Part shown: piece after piece, positions 1 through 9,388 of the stretch
Layout: each line of letters begins with the position of its first letter
How positions within the stretch are numbered: position 1 is the stretch's first letter
Assembly: GCA_001661245.1 (NCBI GenBank)
Contig: KV454013.1
Coordinates: forward strand, 269,005 to 333,004
Length of the DNA: 64,000 nucleotides
Direction of reading: 5' to 3'
Origin: Pachysolen tannophilus NRRL Y-2460
Taxonomy: Eukaryota
Notes under the pieces: generated by a model
Told to the model about the DNA's origin: nothing
The model's database searches: none
What the model saw: only the letters and a program-made list of their open reading frames with translations
Made by a program: the position numbers and the translations under genes

Positions 1-57
1 CTTTAAAAAAAAAATTTTTGTTTTCTTTTAGTATAGTAGTACTATTTTATTTTATTT

Positions 58-323
58 TTACCTTGATAAGACGACGTATAAAGCATGTAAAATACCTGGG
101 AACCAAGCAAAACAACATAATATAATGTTAATGATAAAATCAGAACCAAACCCACATTCCATGAAAACAGCTAATGGTGGTAATATAATTGCTAAATTTT
201 TAATAAAAGATATTATATTTATTATGTTAGTATAACTAAAAATTAACACATGGGGTTAACTATAAACTTTTTCTGTTTTTTTTACTCACCAAGAATAATT
301 GCAATAATTTTTGAAGAATCCAT
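58..323 (-). CDS. PMP3: Plasma membrane proteolipid Pmp3 (UPF0057), two exons (323..290, 191..58)
   Basis: Spliced product MDSSKIIAIILAIILPPLAVFMECGFGSDFIINIILCCFAWFPGILHALYVVLSR has the Pmp3 motifs LPPLAV and PGILHALYVV. Intron 289..192 has a GTGAGT donor, TACTAAC branch site (232..226) and TAG acceptor, and joins in frame. Confidence 0.92.
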
Positions 324-819
324 CTTGCAAAATCTATTTTAATTTCTTATAATAATCACAATTGATAAATTGATGTATTAAAACAATTAGATAAAAAGAA
401 AAAAACAAACCACAAGTTTATTATGCCGCTATTTATATATATATTTATATATTTTTATTATATACGTATACAATATATATATTATTTATGGCCTCTTTAG
501 GGCTAGCGCTATAGCTAGTCGCCGGCTGCATAGAAAAAAAATTGAAATGATAATTAATTTTCCGGAAAAAGTCGGTCTTTTTTCTAGAAAATTTCACGAC
601 GAAACAACCGAATAACCGGTAGGAGAAGAAGAAATAGATAGAGAAGAAACCTTCTTCAAAAGAAAAAAAGTTTTTATATCTTTTTTAAAATTAGTTTAAT
701 AATATTAAGCTGTGAATTGTAAACAAAAAAAAAATAAGAAAAAAAAAAGAAAAAGCAGAGAGAAAGAGTGAATGAATGTGATAAAGAATGAATGAATGTA
801 TTTTTTTTTTTTTTTTTTG

Positions 820-2613
820 TTAAAAAATTCTTTCTAAAACGTTTTTAGTTACTGATCTATCAGGATTTGGCAAAATTGTCCACACTATCAAGACAACACT
901 GAATAAACCAATGAAAACTGGCATGACAACAAAAGTGCCTACAAATTCACTGATTAATCCAACCATAAATGGCCATACTGCACCTCCTGAACTACCTCCA
1001 CTTGTCATGATTGTTAATGAAATGACTTGAATCTTTCTAGGTAATACTCTTGTTGCAACAGTTATCATTAATGGATAAATTGGACCAACAAAAATTCCTG
1101 CAATAGATATAAAGACAGCCTCTAATATGATTATATTTACTAACCATGCTAATAATACAAATATTATGGCACCAATGGCAGCTATAGTGACTCCTCTTTT
1201 AGCACCCAGATATTTATGTATTCTATGAACAAGAAATAATCTTCCAATGGTTAAACCAGCCCAAAAACCAGAAGCAACATACCCAATTGAACTCTTATTA
1301 CCATCTCTATAATTTTCTAAAAATGAAACTATCCATCCTCCCATGGAAACTTCTGCAGCTTGATAATTAAATACAAATAATGTTAAAAGCCATGTTCTTA
1401 AATTCTTAACTGCCAATTTGAAATCTCCCTTTGGTATAACTGGTTCAACGGTATCAATTATTTTAGTTTCACTTCTAACAGGTCTAGTACGTAATTCTAT
1501 ATTTTCTTGTTCTTGTTCTTCTTCTTCAATCGCTGATGAAGTTATTATATCTTCACCATGAACAGCTTCACGATGATCCCATGGTCTTAAATCTTCATCT
1601 GCACCTTGAAATGAAAACCATAAATTAATTAAATTTGATATAGCTAAACCTAAAAGAATTAAATAATAAAAATGCCATTGAATTCCAGCATTTACCATAA
1701 TTGTAGAAATTATTGGAGATGCAGTTGCTCCCAGTCCATATGAACCATGAAACCATCCTAAATAAGTTGATGCTTTATCAAACCTAGATAAAAAAATATT
1801 CATTTGACTAAGACACATTGCTGAACCAAGACCTCCAATGAAAAAACCAATACAAATAATTGGATAAATTGTACCAGAACTAACTATAGCAAACATTATG
1901 GAAGTTAAAAAACATCCACCACAAGCCATTTTCCTCTTCCCCAATTTCAGATCTAAGAAATCACTACAGAGGGCAACAACTATAAAACCCAGAGCATTAC
2001 TTAACCAAATCAAAGAAACAATTGAGTAAGATATATTATAATAATCCTCGATATAACTTAAGATTGCACCTGGAGCACCATCTGAAGCACCACCTGAAAA
2101 AGACCATAAACAGACAGCAAAAACCCTCCATTTATTCTTAGGAGGAAAAGTTAAAGTCATCTCATGTGGAGTATGATTACTGGTGATGGTGGATGTAACA
2201 GCTGAACTTTTAAAACGAAATAATTGTTGTTGATCAGGAAACTCCAATGGATTCTTCCTATTGGAATACATAATCTCCTCAGCAGGAATTTCAAATCCAG
2301 GGGTTGTTGGTAAAGATTCTGGAATTGGAGGTGGAATCGCAGATAAATTCCCAAATGAACCGGCCTCAAATGATGGTTTAACAGAAGCAGATAATCGCCT
2401 ATGAACTATCGATGCAGTATCCATTTTTGTTGATTCAATTGTATCTTCTTCTTCTTCTTCCTCAGGTAAAAACTCAATACGAAAATTTTCCTTAACATCC
2501 AAATCCTCAGAACCTGTTGTAAAATTCAAATTCAAATTCTCATTATTGATACTTGAGTGTCCATTTCCACTAACTCTTACTTTCTCATTGTCAGAAGAAG
2601 CCAGAGTTGACAT
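820..2613 (-). CDS. MFS transporter, Bsc6/fucose-permease-like family
   Basis: 597 aa; acidic N-terminal tail then about 12 hydrophobic segments; motifs SDGAPGA, HGSYGxGATASP, EVSMGGW, GFWAGLTIGR, GPIYP. Confidence 0.85.
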   Translation of the reverse strand: MSTLASSDNEKVRVSGNGHSSINNENLNLNFTTGSEDLDVKENFRIEFLPEEEEEEDTIESTKMDTASIVHRRLSASVKPSFEAGSFGNLSAIPPPIPESLPTTPGFEIPAEEIMYSNRKNPLEFPDQQQLFRFKSSAVTSTITSNHTPHEMTLTFPPKNKWRVFAVCLWSFSGGASDGAPGAILSYIEDYYNISYSIVSLIWLSNALGFIVVALCSDFLDLKLGKRKMACGGCFLTSIMFAIVSSGTIYPIICIGFFIGGLGSAMCLSQMNIFLSRFDKASTYLGWFHGSYGLGATASPIISTIMVNAGIQWHFYYLILLGLAISNLINLWFSFQGADEDLRPWDHREAVHGEDIITSSAIEEEEQEQENIELRTRPVRSETKIIDTVEPVIPKGDFKLAVKNLRTWLLTLFVFNYQAAEVSMGGWIVSFLENYRDGNKSSIGYVASGFWAGLTIGRLFLVHRIHKYLGAKRGVTIAAIGAIIFVLLAWLVNIIILEAVFISIAGIFVGPIYPLMITVATRVLPRKIQVISLTIMTSGGSSGGAVWPFMVGLISEFVGTFVVMPVFIGLFSVVLIVWTILPNPDRSVTKNVLERIF

Positions 2614-3501
2614 TTTTGGCTTTTTAGATTTTTTTCCCCTATTCCTTTATATATATATATATATGATTCTATTACTTTCTACCTAGCAACATCAATCAGT
2701 TTCCTGTGGATAAATATGGATCCTACCAACCTTAGTTTCTCAAACGGCTGTGGGAAAAAGTAATAGATAAAAAAAGTGATAGATTAATTTTTAATAGATA
2801 CGTTAATTACGTACTTGTATTACTTTCCTGTATAGGGGAACCCTAAAAAAAAAAAAAAAAAAAAAGAAAAAAAAATTTTTTTTTTTCAGTGGAATTGTGG
2901 GGAAATGGTTAGAAACTAGTCAGTCAAAGATCCGAATAAGCACTAACGAGTCTATTCAGAGAGTCCAAGAGACTCCCAGTAGAATAGAATAAGTAAAGTT
3001 GAGATTAAGAGAGATTAAGAGCATAATTTAAGTTTTTTTTTGTTAAGAAAAATTGGAAAATATTTGATCATATTGTGATAGGAAGCGGACTCCGAAATCA
3101 GTTCCAGAGAGAACATTAACTTTAAAACTAATTTTTTAAACGTTGGAAAGAGGGGATGGATAAACTAAGCTTTTCTGTGGCCAATAAATCAGCTATGTTT
3201 ATTTTGAGAATCAGATGAGACGAGAGAAGATCATCTAATGTACTCTCGATTGTATGAATTTATGAATTTATCGAATGTTCTTTCGTACGGGGTTAATTCT
3301 CTTTAGTACTGCAAATTTAGGTTGTAATTTTTTTTTTTTTTTTTTTACTTTTTTTTGTACTTTTGCCTAGATTAATGCACGTATTGGCACATATAAGAAG
3401 ACCGTTCCCCATGGATTTAATTAATATTTTTTAATTCTGGCTATTAATAATTCCTCAGTTTATTGTAGCAACTCGATTAATTGAACAACAAACTTTTGTC
3501 T

Positions 3502-4593
3502 ATGAAAGCATTAGTGTACTCAGGGGCTGGTCTCCGTGAATTCAAAGATGTTCCAAAACCAGCTCTATTAAAACCAACAGATGCAATCATTAAGACTACA
3601 TCAACTACTATTTGTGGTACCGATTTACATATTAGCTTAGGTGATGTTCCAGCTTGTAAGCCAGGTACTGTCTTGGGTCATGAAGCAATTGGTATTATTG
3701 AGTCCATCGGGAATGACGTCAAGAATTTTGTCAAAGGTGATAAAGTTATCATTTCATGTATCACTAGTTGTGGCAACTGCTATTATTGCCTTAAAAACTT
3801 GCAATCACATTGTTTAGATGGTGGTTGGATCTTGGGTCATAAGATTAATGGTACTCAGGCTGAATATACAAGAATTCCTCATGCCGATCATTCATTGATT
3901 AAAGTTCCACTGGGTATTCCAGACAAGGCACTACTAATGTTGAGTGATATCTTACCAACAGGTTACGAAATTGGGATTCTATCTGCAAAGATCGGAAAAG
4001 GTGACTCTGTGGCAATTGTTGGTGCAGGTCCTGTTGGTTTAGCTTGTTTGTTAACTGCTCAAACTTTCAAACCTTCTAAGATCATCATGATTGATATGGA
4101 TGATAATCGTCTTGCTACTTCAAAAGCATTGGGTGCTACTGACACCGTTAACCCTAAAAAAGTTGCAAGTGTCTCAGAAGAAATCAATAAGATTACCTCT
4201 AATATCACTGCAAAGAGAACTAACGGTGTAATTCTACAGGATGATGATCTATTTGGAGTCGATGTGGCAATTGAATGTGTAGGTATTCCTGCAACTTTCG
4301 ATACATGTCAGGAAATTATTGCTCCAGGTGGAAGAATTGCCAACGTTGGTGTTCACGGCAAGAAAGTCGACTTGCAATTACAAGATTTATGGATTAAAAA
4401 TATTGGTATCACCACAGGTTTAGTCAGTGCCTTTTCTACTCAAGAATTATTGGACAGAATTATCAGTGGTGATTTGGACCCCAAGAAATTGGTCACTCAC
4501 ACTTTTAAATTTAGCGACCTTGAAACCGCTTACGATATCTTTAGTCACGCAGCAACGACAGGTGCCATCAAGACATTTATCGAACTTGATTAA
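3502..4593 (+). CDS. Zn-dependent alcohol dehydrogenase (MDR, FDH-like ADH2 subfamily), copy A
   Basis: ICGTDLH, GHE, CxxCxxC..C structural Zn site, GTQAEY, LSDILPTG, GAGPVG. First ATG is at 3502; the track start is a TTG. Confidence 0.93.
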   Translation: MKALVYSGAGLREFKDVPKPALLKPTDAIIKTTSTTICGTDLHISLGDVPACKPGTVLGHEAIGIIESIGNDVKNFVKGDKVIISCITSCGNCYYCLKNLQSHCLDGGWILGHKINGTQAEYTRIPHADHSLIKVPLGIPDKALLMLSDILPTGYEIGILSAKIGKGDSVAIVGAGPVGLACLLTAQTFKPSKIIMIDMDDNRLATSKALGATDTVNPKKVASVSEEINKITSNITAKRTNGVILQDDDLFGVDVAIECVGIPATFDTCQEIIAPGGRIANVGVHGKKVDLQLQDLWIKNIGITTGLVSAFSTQELLDRIISGDLDPKKLVTHTFKFSDLETAYDIFSHAATTGAIKTFIELD

Positions 4594-4712
4594 AACATCT
4601 AACATCTAAACCACAGACAATATATGTAACTCTCTGTATAGTTTGAATTGAAACTTTTACATTTCCTCTTTTGTAAACTTGTGTTTTGTAGTACGACCTG
4701 AAATTTTCATAG

Positions 4713-4751
4713 AAAAATTTTTCAAAAAGCTCATCTTTTGTGAAAAATTTT
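4713..4751 (+). promoter_or_regulatory. RRPE + PAC ribosome-biogenesis promoter module upstream of UTP4
   Basis: AAAAATTTTTCA (4713-4724), AGCTCATC = PAC GATGAGCT on the minus strand (4728-4735), TGAAAAATTTT (4741-4751). Confidence 0.75.
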
Positions 4752-4897
4752 GGTACTATTCATTTATATACTAAAGTTGACTTAGAAAGTGTTGATATCA
4801 AGAGCTTGAAGTCGAGTCAGGTGGTTGAGTAATTATATATTTATATATATATATATTTAAAGTTTTGCACATTGTTTTGTTTTTTTTTCTTTGAAAG

Positions 4898-7291
4898 ATG
4901 GACATACACCGTTGTAGGTTTGTGGATTTTACTCCTCATACCATAACTTCATTAGCATTTTCACATCAATCTACTAGAAAGTTTACACCAACAGATTTAA
5001 GATTAGCAGTTGGTAGAGCAAATGGAAATATAGAGATATGGAACCCGCGCCATAATTGGGTACACGAGCAAACGTTACAAGGGGGCAAGAATAGATCTAT
5101 TGAAGGTTTGGTGTGGTCAATTTGGGATAATATAGTACCGAGATTATTTTCTATTGGAGGATCTACAACGATAACAGAATGGGATTTGAAAACTGGATTA
5201 CCGTTGAAGAATCATGATTGCAATGCTGGGATAATATGGTCTGTTGCTTGTAGTGCAGATGGTCGGAAGTTAGCAGTTGGTTGCGATGATGGTAGTGTTG
5301 TAATCATAGATATATCTGGAGGTCCAGGATCCTTGGAACACGAGTCTATATTACAAAGACAAGATTCTAGAGTCTTGAGTATTACATGGCATGAAAATGA
5401 TTTAGTAATTGGTGGATGTGCAGATGGTAGAGTAAGAGTGTGGAATTTCAAACAAAACGATAGCAATAAGGCAAGATTAGTTTCAACTTTAAGAGTTGAT
5501 AAATCTAAAAAAGAAAGTACTTTAATTTGGTCTGTAATATCATTACCTACACAGGGACAATTTGTCACTGGTGATTCTACTGGTTCAATCAAATTTTGGG
5601 ACGTTCAGCATTTTGTTTTGCAACAATCTTTTGAAGTTCACGATGCTGATGTTTTGTGTCTTGCATCTGATTTGACTGGAGAAAAAATTTTTAGTGCAGG
5701 TGTTGATAGAAAGATATTTAATTTCAATTTACTTAAATCTGAAGATGGGAATTCTAAATGGATTAATTCTTCAAATAGATTATTACATACAAATGATGTT
5801 AGATCTATGTGCACTTTTGAAAGCAAAGGTGCAAATTTCTTAGTTTCAGGAGGTGTTGAAAGAACAATTGTAGTTAATTCAGTCAATAATTTACATGATG
5901 GACCATATAGAAAATTACCAATAACGTTACAAGATCCAAATATTATAGTGAATTTATCTAATAGATATGTTATTATGTGGCAAGATCAAACAATTAAAAT
6001 TTGGAAAATTTTAAGTGATATACAAAATAAAAAATTAGTTTCAAAATTAACCTTAGCGGATGATAGCAATATTACAAGTGTTGCTATTTCTCTGAATGGT
6101 AAATTCTTGGCTGTTGGTAGATTAACTGGTATCAAAATTTTTAAATTAACCGAAACAACTGATGAACGCAATCAAATTCATTTGAAAGTCAATAGGATTG
6201 AATCTAAGTTGTTGGAAAATTTCAATTCCAGGTATTTAACTTTTACTCCAAAAGATTTGTTATTGATAGTTTCTGCAGACAACGAACTAATTTCTTTCAA
6301 AGTCAATATTAATGCAAATGAAGGAGAAGATGATGTCGGTGAAATAGAATTTATTAACGATAATCAAGACGTCATTGAATATGAATTACCCGAAGAGTTA
6401 GTAACCAAATCTAAATTGTCACATATTCAAAATATAAATAATTTAAAGATATCTGAAAATGGTTCTCAAGTAGCTATATCAAGATTGAATGGTTCGGTCG
6501 AAATAGTTGATTTGGATAACACTGAATCCTATAGATTGGTGAAATTATCATCACTGCTGACACTGTTAGAGTTTACCTCCAGAAATACACTTGTATTGGT
6601 AAATTCTGAAAACAAGCTTTACGAATTCAATGTCTCAAAAGAGTCTATTAATAGTGCAAAGTTGTTGACTTCATGGTCAAAAAGGAATTCTGAATTTTTA
6701 CCTTCAAAATTTATGAATTTACAAACAAAATGTTCAGGTATTTTCAATGATACTTTGAATGATACAAGAATCTGGCTATTTGGTGACAATTGGTTATGTT
6801 TCTTTGATTTAAATTACAACATACCAATTGATGAAAAATTTGGTAATACAGGAAATAGACAGAACAATCAACAATTTAACATTAAAGAAAAGAAAAGAAT
6901 AAATAAAAAGAAAAGAAGAAACAGTAGCATTGTAATGACAATTTCAGAAGCAACGAATACTGTTGATGATTCAATCAATGAAGATTACTTAGAAGATAAT
7001 GATGAGGAATTACTTGCTAATGGTGAAAGCGTGGAAATAATTGACGGCATTGACTCTGAATTTGCAAGATCTTTAAGACAAACAGAAATAAACAGAATTA
7101 AGCTGGAATCAAACGGTACTGTTAATCAAGAAAATATTGATGAACTTGAGAAAAGTTTCTGGATGACCCAGAAATATAGCTCATTAATGCTAGTTGATAA
7201 ATTTGGCGCTAATGAAATTATTGTTATCGAGAGACCAGTTTTCCAATTGCCTTCTGCTCCTGCTTTCAAGTTGAATAAAATTCATGTTTAG
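4898..7291 (+). CDS. UTP4: U3 snoRNP / t-UTP WD40 protein Utp4
   Basis: Characteristic N-terminus MDIHRCRFVDFTP, LRLAVGRANGNIEIWNP, multiple WD40 repeats, C-terminal IERP. Confidence 0.93.
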   Translation: MDIHRCRFVDFTPHTITSLAFSHQSTRKFTPTDLRLAVGRANGNIEIWNPRHNWVHEQTLQGGKNRSIEGLVWSIWDNIVPRLFSIGGSTTITEWDLKTGLPLKNHDCNAGIIWSVACSADGRKLAVGCDDGSVVIIDISGGPGSLEHESILQRQDSRVLSITWHENDLVIGGCADGRVRVWNFKQNDSNKARLVSTLRVDKSKKESTLIWSVISLPTQGQFVTGDSTGSIKFWDVQHFVLQQSFEVHDADVLCLASDLTGEKIFSAGVDRKIFNFNLLKSEDGNSKWINSSNRLLHTNDVRSMCTFESKGANFLVSGGVERTIVVNSVNNLHDGPYRKLPITLQDPNIIVNLSNRYVIMWQDQTIKIWKILSDIQNKKLVSKLTLADDSNITSVAISLNGKFLAVGRLTGIKIFKLTETTDERNQIHLKVNRIESKLLENFNSRYLTFTPKDLLLIVSADNELISFKVNINANEGEDDVGEIEFINDNQDVIEYELPEELVTKSKLSHIQNINNLKISENGSQVAISRLNGSVEIVDLDNTESYRLVKLSSLLTLLEFTSRNTLVLVNSENKLYEFNVSKESINSAKLLTSWSKRNSEFLPSKFMNLQTKCSGIFNDTLNDTRIWLFGDNWLCFFDLNYNIPIDEKFGNTGNRQNNQQFNIKEKKRINKKKRRNSSIVMTISEATNTVDDSINEDYLEDNDEELLANGESVEIIDGIDSEFARSLRQTEINRIKLESNGTVNQENIDELEKSFWMTQKYSSLMLVDKFGANEIIVIERPVFQLPSAPAFKLNKIHV

Positions 7292-7645
7292 GTTTGAACA
7301 TTTATTTATTTGAAAGGAAGAAAAAAATTCTACTGCTTTATATATATATATACATATATTTTTTTAATTATAGAGTACCTGAAAGATAAAATCACCTTTT
7401 CTAAAAAGTTATATATTATACTCTAGTGCGCTTTATCTGTATGTATCCTATATAATATTGTTTCTTCGAGTAGAAAATAACTTGTTACCCCCCTGGTTTT
7501 CCTAAACACATATAAAATAAAATAAAAGAAAGAAAGAAAGAAAAGAAAAAAAAAAAAAAAAAAAAAAAAAAATAATCCTAAAGCAAAATTAATTTGAAAC
7601 CAATTGACAGGCGGAGTAATGCAAAAAAGAAAGCGATAAATTATT

Positions 7646-8842
7646 TCACAATTGAGGTGCAATTCTGGCTCCTTGATAGAAGATTCTAGCAGCAGCACCA
7701 GAACCGATCAACGATTTGACACATTTATCATCATGACCTCTTTCTTCCCTATTTGCGGAATAGCCTTTATGACCTCCAAATTCTTCCTTATAACGTTTAT
7801 AAACCTCTTCATTGATTGTAAAGATTTCAAAAGATTGCCAATATAATCCATCACTTTTATCGAGACAGTACTTGTTAAAATAGACCAAATGTTTTGGGAC
7901 TTCTCTATTAATTCTTTCAACTGCTCCTTTATCTGCTTTATCACCGAAATATAACATATAATCGGCCAAACCTTCTATCACCAATTGGATGAAATAAGAA
8001 GGATCTCTCCAAAATCTTTTCTCATCATTTGGATAATCTCTATCATATAAGGTATACCCTGGAGAACAAATTGAAACTGCCAAGTCAGAAGCAGCTCTAA
8101 ACCATTCATCTTTCTGTTCAAAAGAGTACAACAATGAAAGAGCAGAAAGTGTTGTACCAGCGTTATAAGACCACTTTGTTGTATTAACGCCTTGACCATC
8201 TTTCCCAACTCCATCATAAATCAATTTATCATCTTTATCTTGTAAATGATCCAACTGCCATTGAATACATTTCCTAGCGTAATCAACATAATCTTTTTGC
8301 TCTTCAGGAATAAATTTTGCTAATTGTAACGCAGCTTTTGCACATTCAGCAGTAGTACATGCATTGACATAATCTCTTTCCATATGCCATAACATCCCAC
8401 CTCCACATCCTGCATTTGGATCATCCACATATCCACCCATCAAGAACCGAACCAAATCACGACCTGCATCAAGATATTTCTTATTCCCACTAACTTCATA
8501 AGCAGTAATTATTGCACTTGCAACTTGAGCATCATCATCATAATAAATATCCTTATTACCATCAAAATTTTCAGCAGCACAGTATCCATGAAATTGAGGC
8601 GATCTATATTTGAACAAATTCTCCATAGCTAATTCCAACATTGGTAACATTTCTTTTGGATAAATTCTACATCCATCAACTATTGCCTGCACAGCAACAG
8701 ATACAGACCAAACATTAAATTTTTCATTAATTTGCCCATTACATCCTTCATTTGATCTAAAATATTTACCATTACCATCCCAAAACTTTAACCACAAGTT
8801 TCTAGTAACATTATAACCTTCTAAGTTCGTATTGAAAGGCAT
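7646..8842 (-). CDS. Glycoside hydrolase family 76 (alpha-1,6-mannanase-like), no obvious signal peptide or GPI anchor
   Basis: YYDD catalytic motif, GGGMLW, YVNACT, LIYDG, KWSYNAG. First ATG is at 8842; the track start is a GTG. Confidence 0.85.
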   Translation of the reverse strand: MPFNTNLEGYNVTRNLWLKFWDGNGKYFRSNEGCNGQINEKFNVWSVSVAVQAIVDGCRIYPKEMLPMLELAMENLFKYRSPQFHGYCAAENFDGNKDIYYDDDAQVASAIITAYEVSGNKKYLDAGRDLVRFLMGGYVDDPNAGCGGGMLWHMERDYVNACTTAECAKAALQLAKFIPEEQKDYVDYARKCIQWQLDHLQDKDDKLIYDGVGKDGQGVNTTKWSYNAGTTLSALSLLYSFEQKDEWFRAASDLAVSICSPGYTLYDRDYPNDEKRFWRDPSYFIQLVIEGLADYMLYFGDKADKGAVERINREVPKHLVYFNKYCLDKSDGLYWQSFEIFTINEEVYKRYKEEFGGHKGYSANREERGHDDKCVKSLIGSGAAARIFYQGARIAPQL

Positions 8843-9166
8843 TGCTCTGTTCACTCGGCTTACTCTCGATCAAAGACTAGAAAAAAAAGATATTAAAATT
8901 TGGGAAGTTGAAAAATTGAAAAATTCAAAGATTTTTTTTAAAAAAAAAAACAAAAAAAACTAAAGAAAGATCAACAAAACTTATAAACTAACCTGATAAC
9001 TAAGATCCGTAATCAATAATATATATATATATATATATATGTATTCTTATTTGGTGAAACAGGAACAGTTAGTGCCTAATGCTGCAACAGCAATCACTAC
9101 TGCCTGCCAGTACTAAAGATATAGGTCGTCCCTTGAAATACCAAATTTCAAATGAGGAATAATTCA

Positions 9167-9196
9167 TAAACTCCGAGAATTTTTTTTCGGAGTTTA
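9167..9196. promoter_or_regulatory. Perfect 10-bp inverted repeat TAAACTCCGA-N10-TCGGAGTTTA, Adr1/Mxr1 UAS1-like
   Basis: Directly visible; the core CTCCGA..TCGGAG fits the Adr1 inverted consensus CYCCRH-N(4-36)-DYGGRG. Lies in the divergent GH76/YCG1 promoter. Confidence 0.5.
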
Positions 9197-9304
9197 AGAA
9201 CTAAAAAAACCAAAAGTCGTGTCTCGATGCTTAATTCTTAGTTTAGTGCAATTTTTTTTTTGTTTATCTTTTAGCGCGAGTAACGTAAACAAAGGTAAAA
9301 CCAT

Positions 9305-9339
<35 letters not shown>

Positions 9340-9388
9340 GGTAGTTGTAAGGACAAAGTCAGGTTGTTCATTACTTTATAGCATTAAA

